Shown in pieces: positions 8,397-16,737 of a stretch of DNA of 25,093 nt. Positions within the stretch are counted from its first letter, which is position 1. The number at the start of each line of letters is the position of its first letter. Below the pieces are notes generated by a model. It ran no database searches, was not told the DNA's origin, and saw nothing but the letters and a program-made list of their open reading frames with translations. A program made the position numbers and the translations under genes. The DNA comes from a virus (taxonomy: Duplodnaviria; Caudoviricetes): IMG/VR virus record IMGVR_UViG_3300017766_005064, positions 1 through 25,093 of that record, one strand, 5' to 3'.

Positions 8397-9772
8397 TGGC
8401 GGACATTCAGACTCTACAATATCAAATGTCTCCTGGTAATGGAATTATAAAAAGATATCAAACTGATGTAAATAAAAAAACAGGTTCTTATATTACATAC
8501 GACATCACAAACATTGGACAAAAAGATGCACTATTTAAAAGTGAACCCACATTAGATAGTAATGGAAAGCCAGGATATACTATTTCTGTCGTTGATTCCT
8601 ACAAAACAGAATATGATAAATTATCGGACACTGATAAAAGATTTTTAAGTATAGAAGTAGGTAGTCAAGCAAACAATCAAAGAGCAGCATATGTAAATAA
8701 AAATTTTACCCAAGATCAAATTAATAATCTTTTTCCTGGTATGCCTAGAGTAGCAAATACTGCGCCTCCAGCACCAAATGTTACTTCAGGTGGAACAACT
8801 ATTCCAGCAACAGAAGACGAAACTCCAACAGATATAACATTGGTCTCATTACCAGAACAAATTAATTCTGCAAAGTCGGGATTAAAAACATTTGGGCCAT
8901 TAATATACCCAGAAAAAATTACCGAAAATGGCCAAGATTATATTAAATTTGAAATATTTCAATACATTTCACAAAAATTATCAGACAACAATTTATTATT
9001 TGAACAAAGAAGTTCATACACAAATCCTATTGGGACAATAGTTCTTCCAATTCAACCTACTATAAATGATACAAACACAGTTACTTGGAATGATTCTAAA
9101 ATGGGAATATTGGAAATGATGGGAGCAAATATTGCTCTTGGTGCAATGAATTCAACTGGAACTGATTACATGACTAATATGGCAGAAAAATTTGCTGAGA
9201 CTATAAAAGGAGCAAAAGGAGAACCAGTAAGCCCAGCAGTAGTGTCTGCGGTTCAGAATTACATAGCAAAAATGGCAGTAAATTCAAATACTAATTTACT
9301 ATCTAGAACTGGAGGAGCAATAACAAACCCAAATTTAAATTTATTGTTTGAATCACCAGACCTGAGAAATTTCACCTTTAATTTTAAACTTACTCCTAGA
9401 ACTGAAAAAGAAGGTACAATAGTAAGAAGAATAATAAGAAAATTCAAGGAACATATGGCAGCCCAGAAATCTGTCGGAAATTTATTTCTGGAAACTCCAG
9501 ATATATTCAACATAAAATATATTAGAGGAAAAGATATAAAAAATACAGAGGATAATAAGACACATAAATCATTGAATTTATTTAAAACTTGCGCTCTAAG
9601 AAGTTTTGGTGTTAATTATACTCCATCTGGTACATATATGACATATAATGATACCGCTGGTACTATGTCGTCATACGATTTAACAATGGCGTTTACAGAA
9701 CTAGAACCAGTATATTGGAACGACTATAATGATGAACAAAATCCAATTGCAGACGATCAAATAGGTTACTAA
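8396..9772 (+). CDS. gp48: Baseplate tail tube cap gp48 (ATG 8396 with GGAGG SD; track start GTG 8381)
   Basis: QDYIKF, GTIVLPI, NPNLNLLFESPDLRNFTFNFKLTPR, PDIFNIKY, CALRSFGVNYTP, FTELEPVY. Confidence 0.9.
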   Translation: MADIQTLQYQMSPGNGIIKRYQTDVNKKTGSYITYDITNIGQKDALFKSEPTLDSNGKPGYTISVVDSYKTEYDKLSDTDKRFLSIEVGSQANNQRAAYVNKNFTQDQINNLFPGMPRVANTAPPAPNVTSGGTTIPATEDETPTDITLVSLPEQINSAKSGLKTFGPLIYPEKITENGQDYIKFEIFQYISQKLSDNNLLFEQRSSYTNPIGTIVLPIQPTINDTNTVTWNDSKMGILEMMGANIALGAMNSTGTDYMTNMAEKFAETIKGAKGEPVSPAVVSAVQNYIAKMAVNSNTNLLSRTGGAITNPNLNLLFESPDLRNFTFNFKLTPRTEKEGTIVRRIIRKFKEHMAAQKSVGNLFLETPDIFNIKYIRGKDIKNTEDNKTHKSLNLFKTCALRSFGVNYTPSGTYMTYNDTAGTMSSYDLTMAFTELEPVYWNDYNDEQNPIADDQIGY

Positions 9773-9774
9773 AA

Positions 9775-10770
9775 ATGGCATCTTATTTTAGAGGTATACC
9801 AGATTTTGATTATGTGAGTCGTTTACCTGACGCAAAAATATCAGACTATATCACAGTAAAAAATTTATTCAAAAGAGGAAAACTCCGTGAAGATATATTT
9901 GGTGATCTACAATACTTCACCAAATACAAAATTATCGGAGACGAAAGGCCAGATAATGTAGCTTACAAAATTTATGGCGATGAAACTCTTGATTGGGTGA
10001 TACTTCTTTCAAATAATATTTTAAACATTCAAACGGAGTGGCCATTACCACAGACTGCGTTTGATAGAATGTTATTAGAAAGATATGGATCTTATGAAAA
10101 TCTTTATGGTGGAATTCATCATTATGAAACTATTGAATTAAAGACTTCTTCTGGGGAATTATTACTCGAAGCAGGAATCACTATCAATAATTCATGGTCT
10201 CAAAATGGAAATTACATCTATGGGTTCGAGACACTGATAACATTTGCACTTTACGATGTATTAAGTAAAACTTTAACAATATTTCCAAAAAATCCTATTG
10301 ATAATGTCAATGTAGGGGATGAAATAGAACTTAGCAATTTCAATGGTAGTAATTTCAATGATAAGTTTACTGTAAAATATGCAACGACTGTCCCTGGTAC
10401 ATCTCTTGTAAATTATCTACAATGTGAAATACCAAATGGTACATCAGAATTAGTTTTGAATGGAACAGAAAAACTTACTTATATTCCAGATCAAAAGTAC
10501 ACAACTGGAAACATATACTATTATCAATATTATGATAACAAAAAAGGAGAGGTAGTCAATATACCATCATCTCAGTTTGTTGTTCCAGTGACTAATTACG
10601 AATATGAATCTAAAATTGAAGATGATAAGAGAAATATATTTGTACTCAAACAAAATTATCTAAATGTAATTTTAAATGATGTAGAAATTAACTATCCATA
10701 TAAAGAAGGTGGACAACAATATATAAATGAAATGTTAAAAAAAGGACAAAACATAAGATTAATGGATTAA
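9775..10770 (+). CDS. gp53: Baseplate wedge subunit gp53 (LysM-like), with central insertion
   Basis: YFRGIPDFDY, VKNLFKR, ERPDNVAYKIYG..LDWVILLSNNI, EWPL, IHHYET, VTNYEYE..KRNIFVLK. Confidence 0.9.
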   Translation: MASYFRGIPDFDYVSRLPDAKISDYITVKNLFKRGKLREDIFGDLQYFTKYKIIGDERPDNVAYKIYGDETLDWVILLSNNILNIQTEWPLPQTAFDRMLLERYGSYENLYGGIHHYETIELKTSSGELLLEAGITINNSWSQNGNYIYGFETLITFALYDVLSKTLTIFPKNPIDNVNVGDEIELSNFNGSNFNDKFTVKYATTVPGTSLVNYLQCEIPNGTSELVLNGTEKLTYIPDQKYTTGNIYYYQYYDNKKGEVVNIPSSQFVVPVTNYEYESKIEDDKRNIFVLKQNYLNVILNDVEINYPYKEGGQQYINEMLKKGQNIRLMD

Positions 10771-10792
10771 AAAAGGAGCCTTTCGGCTCCTT
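10769..10792 (-). terminator. Intrinsic terminator after gp32, between convergent gp53 and gp32
   Basis: Minus strand AAGGAGCC-GAAA-GGCTCCTT followed by a U run. Confidence 0.85.
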
Positions 10793-10797
10793 ACAAA

Positions 10798-11733
10798 TCA
10801 TTCAGCTAGTTTACTGAAATATGCTAGTGCATCTTCTTCATCCCCATCTTCTTGAACGGAGGATTGGCTTGAAGGAGATTTAATCTTAGAATAAGACTCC
10901 TCTAGTTCTTTCATAATATCATCTTCCTTAGAAGACGATTCAATTAGAGATTCAAGTTCATCCTCTTGCTCACGAATAGAACTTACAGGTGAGCTTGTTC
11001 CTAGAACATAATTGAGTCGTTTTTGGAGATCATCAGAAGCCTTAAACTTATCACGGGAGATGAGTTCTTGTAGTGAGAATTCTGTTTTCCAGAGCTTTTC
11101 TAGTTCATCGTCATCACCATTCAGTAGTGCAGAGGGCGATTCGAATACACTGTCATCATAGTTTGGGTAACCAGCAACTTGCTTTACGCGAAGTCGGAAG
11201 TTAGCACCACTCCAGAAATCAAATGGATCGATTACTGGATCATCTTCGAATTCTGGCTTCATTGCAGATTTGATTTTATCAAATACTTTGGCGCCGAACC
11301 TGAAGATTTTAACTTGACCTTCAAGTGAAGGATCAGCTGGGTTACTTACGATGTAAACATTTGCATAGTAGCTAAGTTTACGCTTCCTTGCACGAGCAAT
11401 TTCTTTATCTGAATCTAGTCCAGAGTTCCAAAGCTGTCCATTTAGAGAGCAAACGCAGCATTCCTCTCCGAGTGTAGTTGGACAATTTTCAATGAACCAA
11501 CGATTGTTTACCTGGAAACCATGATTGTATAGCTTTACGAAAGGTAAGTCTTCGTTTGGTGGTGCAGGAAGAAAGCGGATAACTGCACGGCCATTTCCTG
11601 CTTTATCAGTTTCTAGTTTAAAAAGGTTTGGATTATCTCCAGTGTTGGTAGCTCCCATTTTCTCTGCTTCTTTTAGAAGCTTCTCGGTGAGACTGCCAAG
11701 TGATGATTGCTTTTTGAGATCTTTAAAGTTCAT
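10798..11733 (-). CDS. gp32: Single-stranded DNA-binding protein gp32
   Basis: GNGRAVIRFLPAP, HGF..ENCPTT..CCVC zinc site, KRKLSYYANVYIV, DPFDFWSGANF, acidic tail ending DALAYFSKLAE. Confidence 0.96.
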   Translation of the reverse strand: MNFKDLKKQSSLGSLTEKLLKEAEKMGATNTGDNPNLFKLETDKAGNGRAVIRFLPAPPNEDLPFVKLYNHGFQVNNRWFIENCPTTLGEECCVCSLNGQLWNSGLDSDKEIARARKRKLSYYANVYIVSNPADPSLEGQVKIFRFGAKVFDKIKSAMKPEFEDDPVIDPFDFWSGANFRLRVKQVAGYPNYDDSVFESPSALLNGDDDELEKLWKTEFSLQELISRDKFKASDDLQKRLNYVLGTSSPVSSIREQEDELESLIESSSKEDDIMKELEESYSKIKSPSSQSSVQEDGDEEDALAYFSKLAE

Positions 11734-11789
11734 GTTACGGTAGATACGGTGTGTACTGTTGGCGACTTCAGGGTTCCAAAGCCCATTGC

Positions 11790-11818
11790 ATTATAGCACA
11801 GCTTCAATCGTCTTGCAA
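11790..11818 (-). promoter_or_regulatory. Sigma70-type promoter upstream of gp32
   Basis: TTGCAA-17 nt-TATAAT with extended TGn (TGTGCTATAAT). Confidence 0.7.
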
Positions 11819-12136
11819 CTGCGTTCTGATCGTTTTGATTAATGTTGTAATATTACTAAAGACTTCATTTATATCGTAATTGGAATCAATTGTAATCATT
11901 CTAACAGATTCATTTAATTTTTCTTTCATTTCAATTGCTTCTGGATCATCAGAAAGACTCAATCTGGTATATAAAACTTTTTGCTTCTCAAGCAAGTCCT
12001 CTAATGTTTTCACATGCTCTAATTTAATTTCTTTTGACATGGAACCAAAAGAAATCATGTTTGATGTTATTCTTTCTTGCAAAAATCCAATCTCTTTTAA
12101 TTCTGTTTTTACTATATCCGACTCAAAAAAACTCAC
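11804..12136 (-). CDS. Conserved cyanophage protein (DUF1825-like)
   Basis: MSFFESDIV, LLEKQKVLYTRLSLSDDPEAIEMKE; located between gp59 and gp32. Confidence 0.75.
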   Translation of the reverse strand: MSFFESDIVKTELKEIGFLQERITSNMISFGSMSKEIKLEHVKTLEDLLEKQKVLYTRLSLSDDPEAIEMKEKLNESVRMITIDSNYDINEVFSNITTLIKTIRTQLQDD

Positions 12137-12729
12137 AGTAGTACTTTTCGTAGAATGTTTTTGTATTTATCCACATCTATTTTTAAAAATGGAGAATATT
12201 TTTTTATTTTTTTGGATACCAATTCCCAAACTGGATCAATTAATTTTAAATCAAATTTTTCTCTATAATTCAACATCTGATCTAAAATTACTATTGTCTC
12301 CAACATTAAGTTGCCAGACAGATATTCTTTTAGTATTTTAGGATGTTTATTATTTTCTATCTTTAAAAATTCAAGAAAATTTTTTCCTTCAAATACTTTC
12401 CTCAAATCTTGTTCAAACAAATAACTTAATGACTGTGTTTTCTTCTGCCAGTCTAAGTAATTTTCATTTCCGTTCTTAATTATATCACCAATCCATAATG
12501 ATGATGGATCAGATGAAGATACGAAGTTAGATACAAAAAAATCTACAATCTCATCGTCTTTATTTTTTCTAGATAGTTTTTCGAAAAACAATCTATCTTT
12601 TCTTTTGTGAAATGATTCAATTGAAGCTTTTATTTTACCATTATATTTTATGAAATCATATGTATCATTTGTAAAATGTTGCTTAAGAGCAAGATATGTT
12701 TTGTATGTTTCATGTGGAGTCACTTTCAT
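12133..12729 (-). CDS. gp59: Helicase loader gp59
   Basis: YLALKQHFT..YDFIKYNGK, FHKRKDRLFFEKLSRK, KIKKYSPFL. Confidence 0.92.
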   Translation of the reverse strand: MKVTPHETYKTYLALKQHFTNDTYDFIKYNGKIKASIESFHKRKDRLFFEKLSRKNKDDEIVDFFVSNFVSSSDPSSLWIGDIIKNGNENYLDWQKKTQSLSYLFEQDLRKVFEGKNFLEFLKIENNKHPKILKEYLSGNLMLETIVILDQMLNYREKFDLKLIDPVWELVSKKIKKYSPFLKIDVDKYKNILRKVLL

Positions 12730-13309
12730 TTCAGCGAATAATAATTATCAATAGAATAAGATTGATCAGAAGAAAAAAATGTAGAAATGGTATATCTAGT
12801 TCCCCTTTGCATCTTTCTTACACCATGAGTATATTTTAGACCAGCAGGGTGTATGACTACCATTCCAGGTCTAGGTTGAACCTGTATATTTAAATTGGGA
12901 TAATATATTTGTCCTCCTTCAAATCCCCATTCAAATATAGCACTCCACCATATGTTCTATGTGGTGATGCATTTGGTGTAACACCATCTTGTTCAATATT
13001 ATCGGCATGTGGGATTAACTCATCCCCTTCTCTCCATCTAACAAATTGAGGTCGTTCAACATATATTTGTTCATTTGGGGAATTAATTGAAACAAAATCA
13101 AGCATTCCTTTACAAATTTCATAAAGAAACTTCTTGATTGTTTCATCTTCAATCGCATCAAAATAAATGCATTTTTTATTCCAATATTCTACAGTTGAAC
13201 GATGGTCATCGTGTAGATCTTCATTAAGTTTTATCCAATTTAAAAGATATTCATTAGACTCTTTTGTTAAAAAATCTTCAGCAAGAATTGGAAATATATC
13301 TTCATTCAT
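12726..13309 (-). pseudogene. 2OG-Fe(II) oxygenase (prolyl 4-hydroxylase-like) interrupted by a 1-nt frameshift at ~12921-12924
   Basis: N-half has PHADN and GVLYLNGD; the -1 frame continues FEGGQIYYP..PRPGMVVIHP..THGV..GTRYTISTF and ends at TGA overlapping the gp59 ATG. Confidence 0.85.
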
Positions 13310-13569
13310 AAAGGCAATTTGGCTTTAGAAGTCTGTTTGAGAAAATTCAATTGAATCGCATCCCATCTCAGTTTTTCTTTTAGTGGTTTTGAAATCAACT
13401 TAGGTACAGATTCTACATCAATATTATTCCGTTCGCAATATTCTATTATTGCACTGATGTAGTTATATTCTGGATTTTTTTGTACGAGAGTTTCTATTTC
13501 CTGTGCAAATTTATCTTGACATAGGAACTTTTTCTGTAATTCCTTTTTTAATTCTTCAGATGGATTCAT
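13306..13569 (-). CDS. gp33: Late promoter transcription coactivator gp33
   Basis: FAQEIE, NYISAIIEYCERNNIDVESVPKLISKPLKEKL..LNFLK.TSKAKLPL. Confidence 0.92.
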   Translation of the reverse strand: MNPSEELKKELQKKFLCQDKFAQEIETLVQKNPEYNYISAIIEYCERNNIDVESVPKLISKPLKEKLRWDAIQLNFLKQTSKAKLPL

Positions 13570-14266
13570 ATTCTTTTAACTTATCTTGAGTGAATTTTTT
13601 TACATATTTTACAAGTAGCTTAATATATTTGGGGATGTCAGTTTCAATGTAGGTTTTAACTTCACCATTTTCACATGCCATAATAATTACTAATTGTTCA
13701 ACTTCTTTTCCAGTTAACTCCTTTAGCATATATGCGTATGCTACAGCCTGAACAAAATAATTTTCAATCCATTCTCTTGGCTTTGGTTTCTCTGAAGTCT
13801 TATAGTCAATAACACTTAGTTTCCCATTATATTCAGCAATAGTATCCACTGTACCAGCTAATTGAAAATATTCACTGTACATCGAACGCTCAATTGCTAC
13901 GATGTTATCAATTTTATCCAATTCTGTTTTTGCTACATCAAATAGCATTTTAGGAAGAGGAGCAGTAGAAGATGGAAGGTCTAAATTTAAAAGATAATTT
14001 TCAACCAAGGAATGCATAGCAGTGCCACGAGAAGTGGCAGCTTTCGTAATTAAATTTGCTTTTTCTTCTCCTACTCGTTTCCTCCACTGAGCAAACTTCT
14101 CTTTATTATAATGTGAAGTTACTGTAGTAACAGAAATGAATTTTCTTGCTGCTACATCACCTACAATTTTATAGTACCTAGATCCATTAATAGTTTCTCT
14201 CTGTAAAATTGGAAATTCAATATCAAGATGAGTGAAATTCTTTTTATCAGTTTTAAAATTTATCAT
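13556..14266 (-). CDS. PD-(D/E)XK exonuclease (Cas4/lambda exonuclease-like)
   Basis: SVTTV, RGTAMH, AGTVD..IDYKTS, QAVAYA. Confidence 0.88.
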   Translation of the reverse strand: MINFKTDKKNFTHLDIEFPILQRETINGSRYYKIVGDVAARKFISVTTVTSHYNKEKFAQWRKRVGEEKANLITKAATSRGTAMHSLVENYLLNLDLPSSTAPLPKMLFDVAKTELDKIDNIVAIERSMYSEYFQLAGTVDTIAEYNGKLSVIDYKTSEKPKPREWIENYFVQAVAYAYMLKELTGKEVEQLVIIMACENGEVKTYIETDIPKYIKLLVKYVKKFTQDKLKEYESI

Positions 14267-14289
14267 TTCAAATTAAAATTCATACTCAC

Positions 14290-14318
14290 ATTATACCACA
14301 AGAAATTTGCTCTGTCAA
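14290..14318 (-). promoter_or_regulatory. Perfect sigma70 consensus promoter upstream of the exonuclease
   Basis: TTGACA-17 nt-TATAAT with extended TG. Confidence 0.88.
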
Positions 14319-15076
14319 AGGCCAAGAGAGTGTTTTGCAACCAAATATTCTTTAACCAAACCAGACCTAACGACATCATCAATGCCAAATTCTACGCATT
14401 CAAATGATGGCATAATGTTGAGAACTTTCATGAAATCATGAATTCCATTTCTTTCATTTTGACGAACTAGATCACTTTGAGTAGCGTCTCCACTAAACAT
14501 AATCTTACAGTTTTCTCCAACTCTGGTAATAATGGAATCATTTTCGTGTCCATTCATATTTTGGAATTCATCTACAATGATAATACAATTGTCAAATGTA
14601 GTACCTCTTAGGAAACTGGAAGACCAGAATTTAATGGTTTCTTGTGATTTTAAGTTACCATACAACATCTCAAAATCTTCATCTGATGGAAGTTGGAACA
14701 TGTATTTTACCATGTTCTTATATGGAATTTCAAATAATGCGCTTTTATCTTCGTGTCCACCAGGCAAAAATCCAATCTCACGAGTCTGAACTAGAGAACG
14801 AATGATATAAATTTTTTCATATGGAGTTTTGTCATTCAATACTTCTTGTAATGCCTTGTATAAGATTACAAATGTTTTACCAGTTCCAGCAGCACCATAT
14901 GCAACTAAATGTTTTCCTTCATCATAAAAATCAAATAATTTTCTTTGATTGTCAGTTAAAGGTTCAATATCTAAAAGAAGTTCAGAATTAATTGGTTTCC
15001 TTCTTTTCATTTGCTTTGCTGTCATACCAACTCCAATTGGTTGATAGTCGTCAGATGTCTTTCTCCTTCTTGACAT
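14315..15076 (-). CDS. phoH: PhoH family ATPase
   Basis: Walker A GAAGTGKT, REIGFLPG, SFLRGTTFD, VDEFQN, GDATQSDL, VRSGLVKEY. Confidence 0.96.
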   Translation of the reverse strand: MSRRRKTSDDYQPIGVGMTAKQMKRRKPINSELLLDIEPLTDNQRKLFDFYDEGKHLVAYGAAGTGKTFVILYKALQEVLNDKTPYEKIYIIRSLVQTREIGFLPGGHEDKSALFEIPYKNMVKYMFQLPSDEDFEMLYGNLKSQETIKFWSSSFLRGTTFDNCIIIVDEFQNMNGHENDSIITRVGENCKIMFSGDATQSDLVRQNERNGIHDFMKVLNIMPSFECVEFGIDDVVRSGLVKEYLVAKHSLGL

Positions 15077-15080
15077 ATTA

Positions 15081-15332
15081 TCAGATTTGCATTTGTGATT
15101 TACTTCCGCCAGACTTGTTGGCTTTCTTTAAAATTTCTCCCCATCCTGGGTTTTTATTTACTAGGCGATCTTTCCATTCGCCTACTTCTCCAGAACCTGG
15201 ACATGTTGACGGATCAGACCAATCCCTTTCCCATTCAGAATTATCTAGTTTCCATTGATCCCAATCATGAACACTTAAAGTAATTTCTTTTTGTTCACCT
15301 GTGATCTTATTAATTATTGGATATGTCGCCAA
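15081..15332 (-). CDS. Conserved T4-like cyanophage hypothetical protein (TTG start)
   Basis: AAGGAG SD 8 nt before TTG 15332; ATYPIINKITGEQKE..WDQWK..GEVGEWKD..PGWGEILKK. Confidence 0.8.
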   Translation of the reverse strand: MATYPIINKITGEQKEITLSVHDWDQWKLDNSEWERDWSDPSTCPGSGEVGEWKDRLVNKNPGWGEILKKANKSGGSKSQMQI

Positions 15333-15360
15333 AGTCAAAACTCCTTATAATATCTTTTTA

Positions 15361-15368
15361 TATTTATT
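15361..15368 (-). promoter_or_regulatory. Late promoter AATAAATA
   Basis: tatttatt on + strand upstream of the 15332 start. Confidence 0.55.
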
Positions 15369-15522
15369 CTATACAAAGAGAAGGTGCATCATCACATTCA
15401 GCGCAATCAATGCATTCATCAATATCAGGATATGCTTTTAGAAAATCCTGAAATTCTTCTTCAGTAAAAAGAACTTTAAATACATGACCTGTTAAATGGT
15501 CTTTGACACACCAACTTTTCAT
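15364..15522 (-). CDS. Small Cys-rich hypothetical protein (52 aa, CxxCxxC)
   Basis: Manual translation MKSWCVKDHLTGHVFKVLFTEEEFQDFLKAYPDIDECIDCAECDDAPSLCIE; fills gap after thyX. Confidence 0.7.
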   Translation of the reverse strand: MKSWCVKDHLTGHVFKVLFTEEEFQDFLKAYPDIDECIDCAECDDAPSLCIE

Positions 15523-15528
15523 CTTTGT

Positions 15529-16281
15529 TTATGGAGATAGCCTTGCTCTATGTAGACGCTTTTCTTCGTAATACTTCCAAACATTTGGTGCCCACTCTTG
15601 AAGATGGGGAACAAACTGTTCACATAATGCTTGGATCTCTAATTGCGCATCCATCTTTGCTCGAAGATCCATAATGTGAAGAACAGAGCGTAGGTTAAAA
15701 GAAACCACAAAGTTCTGACGAATTGCTTGTGCAAGATAATCCCTAATGTGTTCTTCACACATTCCCTTTTCGTATTTTGTTGCATAACGCTTACAACCTT
15801 CTACAATCCAGTTGAGTTCATCACGATAGTCTTCTTCATTCCAATCGTACTTTTTACCATAACGATTGGTATAAAATCCAGGAGGACGAACGAAGAATAC
15901 ATCTTCTGGTTTTAATTCTCCACTAGCAACTTTAATAACTCGCTTACCAGTATAGCGTTGTGATTGAACATCAAAGCTAACTCCCACTCTATGAGTCCTT
16001 GCTTGCATTGCAACATTGTGAACATACCCAGAAACAGAAAATGTAATACCAGGGTGTTCTAGCGGCCCCCAGTGGCCTTTCTCGTTGCTTAGAAGGCGCT
16101 CTACGACCCATTCGCCACATTTTGATGGCGATGGAATTTGTTGATTGTGAATAGGAGTTTCAGAATAATCGCATTTTCCTGCTTGATAAATGACTTCTTC
16201 TGGTAGAGTATAACATTGAAGCATTACAACTTCAAGATTTTTATCTAATTCAAGTAGATCTTTTGCTTTAATTGGTTTCAT
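15529..16281 (-). CDS. thyX: FAD-dependent thymidylate synthase ThyX (start 16281 by ATGA overlap; track start 16299)
   Basis: GHWGPLEH, QARTHRVGVSFDVQSQRY ThyX motif, NLRSVLHIMDLR..AQLEI. Confidence 0.95.
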   Translation of the reverse strand: MKPIKAKDLLELDKNLEVVMLQCYTLPEEVIYQAGKCDYSETPIHNQQIPSPSKCGEWVVERLLSNEKGHWGPLEHPGITFSVSGYVHNVAMQARTHRVGVSFDVQSQRYTGKRVIKVASGELKPEDVFFVRPPGFYTNRYGKKYDWNEEDYRDELNWIVEGCKRYATKYEKGMCEEHIRDYLAQAIRQNFVVSFNLRSVLHIMDLRAKMDAQLEIQALCEQFVPHLQEWAPNVWKYYEEKRLHRARLSP

Positions 16282-16469
16282 TCGTGTTCGATCTCCCAAG
16301 TATCTTTTTCTTTTTTACGAAGTTTTTTTAGTTCCTTCATCATATCCTTGATTTCTTGATATGCAATTTCAGGAGACATCTTATCTGATATTTCAAGTCC
16401 AACAACATATTGGACTTTATCTCCAAATCTAGCAAGTGCTCTCTCAAACGCAGTTAATTCTTCGTACAT
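16278..16469 (-). CDS. Hypothetical protein
   Basis: ORF track; GAGG SD; coupled to both neighbours. Confidence 0.8.
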   Translation of the reverse strand: MYEELTAFERALARFGDKVQYVVGLEISDKMSPEIAYQEIKDMMKELKKLRKKEKDTWEIEHE

Positions 16470-16642
16470 TATCGTTCCTCGTAATAATCTGGTTCATATG
16501 TGTCAACTGGAATTTGGGAGGATTTTAAAATATCTTCTATTTTAATTACATTATCCTCTTTATGTTCTTTCAATTCTAATTTCAAAGACTCAATAAGTAA
16601 CTCCATATTTTTTATGATGAGTTCTATTTTCTTTTTATTCAT
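16469..16642 (-). CDS. Hypothetical protein (57 aa)
   Basis: Manual translation MNKKKIELIIKNMELLIESLKLELKE...YEPDYYEER; TAATG overlap with next gene. Confidence 0.75.
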   Translation of the reverse strand: MNKKKIELIIKNMELLIESLKLELKEHKEDNVIKIEDILKSSQIPVDTYEPDYYEER

Positions 16643-16665
16643 GTATTATGTGATTTTGTTTCTCC

Positions 16666-16694
16666 ATTGTATATAAAAAAAGGAGGATTGTCAA
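16666..16694 (-). promoter_or_regulatory. Sigma70 promoter upstream of the thyX operon
   Basis: TTGACA-17 nt-TACAAT. Confidence 0.75.
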
Positions 16695-16702
16695 TCCCCC
16701 TT
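16675..16702 (-). terminator. Intrinsic terminator after speD, overlapping the promoter -35
   Basis: Minus strand GGGGGATT-GAC-AATCCTCC-TTTTTTT. Confidence 0.8.
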
Positions 16703-16737
16703 TGCTCGATGAATGTGAATAACATAAACATTAACAT

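Noticed and set aside
12915-12930. Programmed frameshift in the oxygenase gene
   Set aside because: G GAT TTG does not allow P-site tRNA re-pairing; simple indel is more parsimonious
13556-14266. Cas4-like nuclease as sign of a CRISPR system
   Set aside because: No Fe-S cysteine set, no repeat-spacer array seen in the window; normal core position between phoH and gp33
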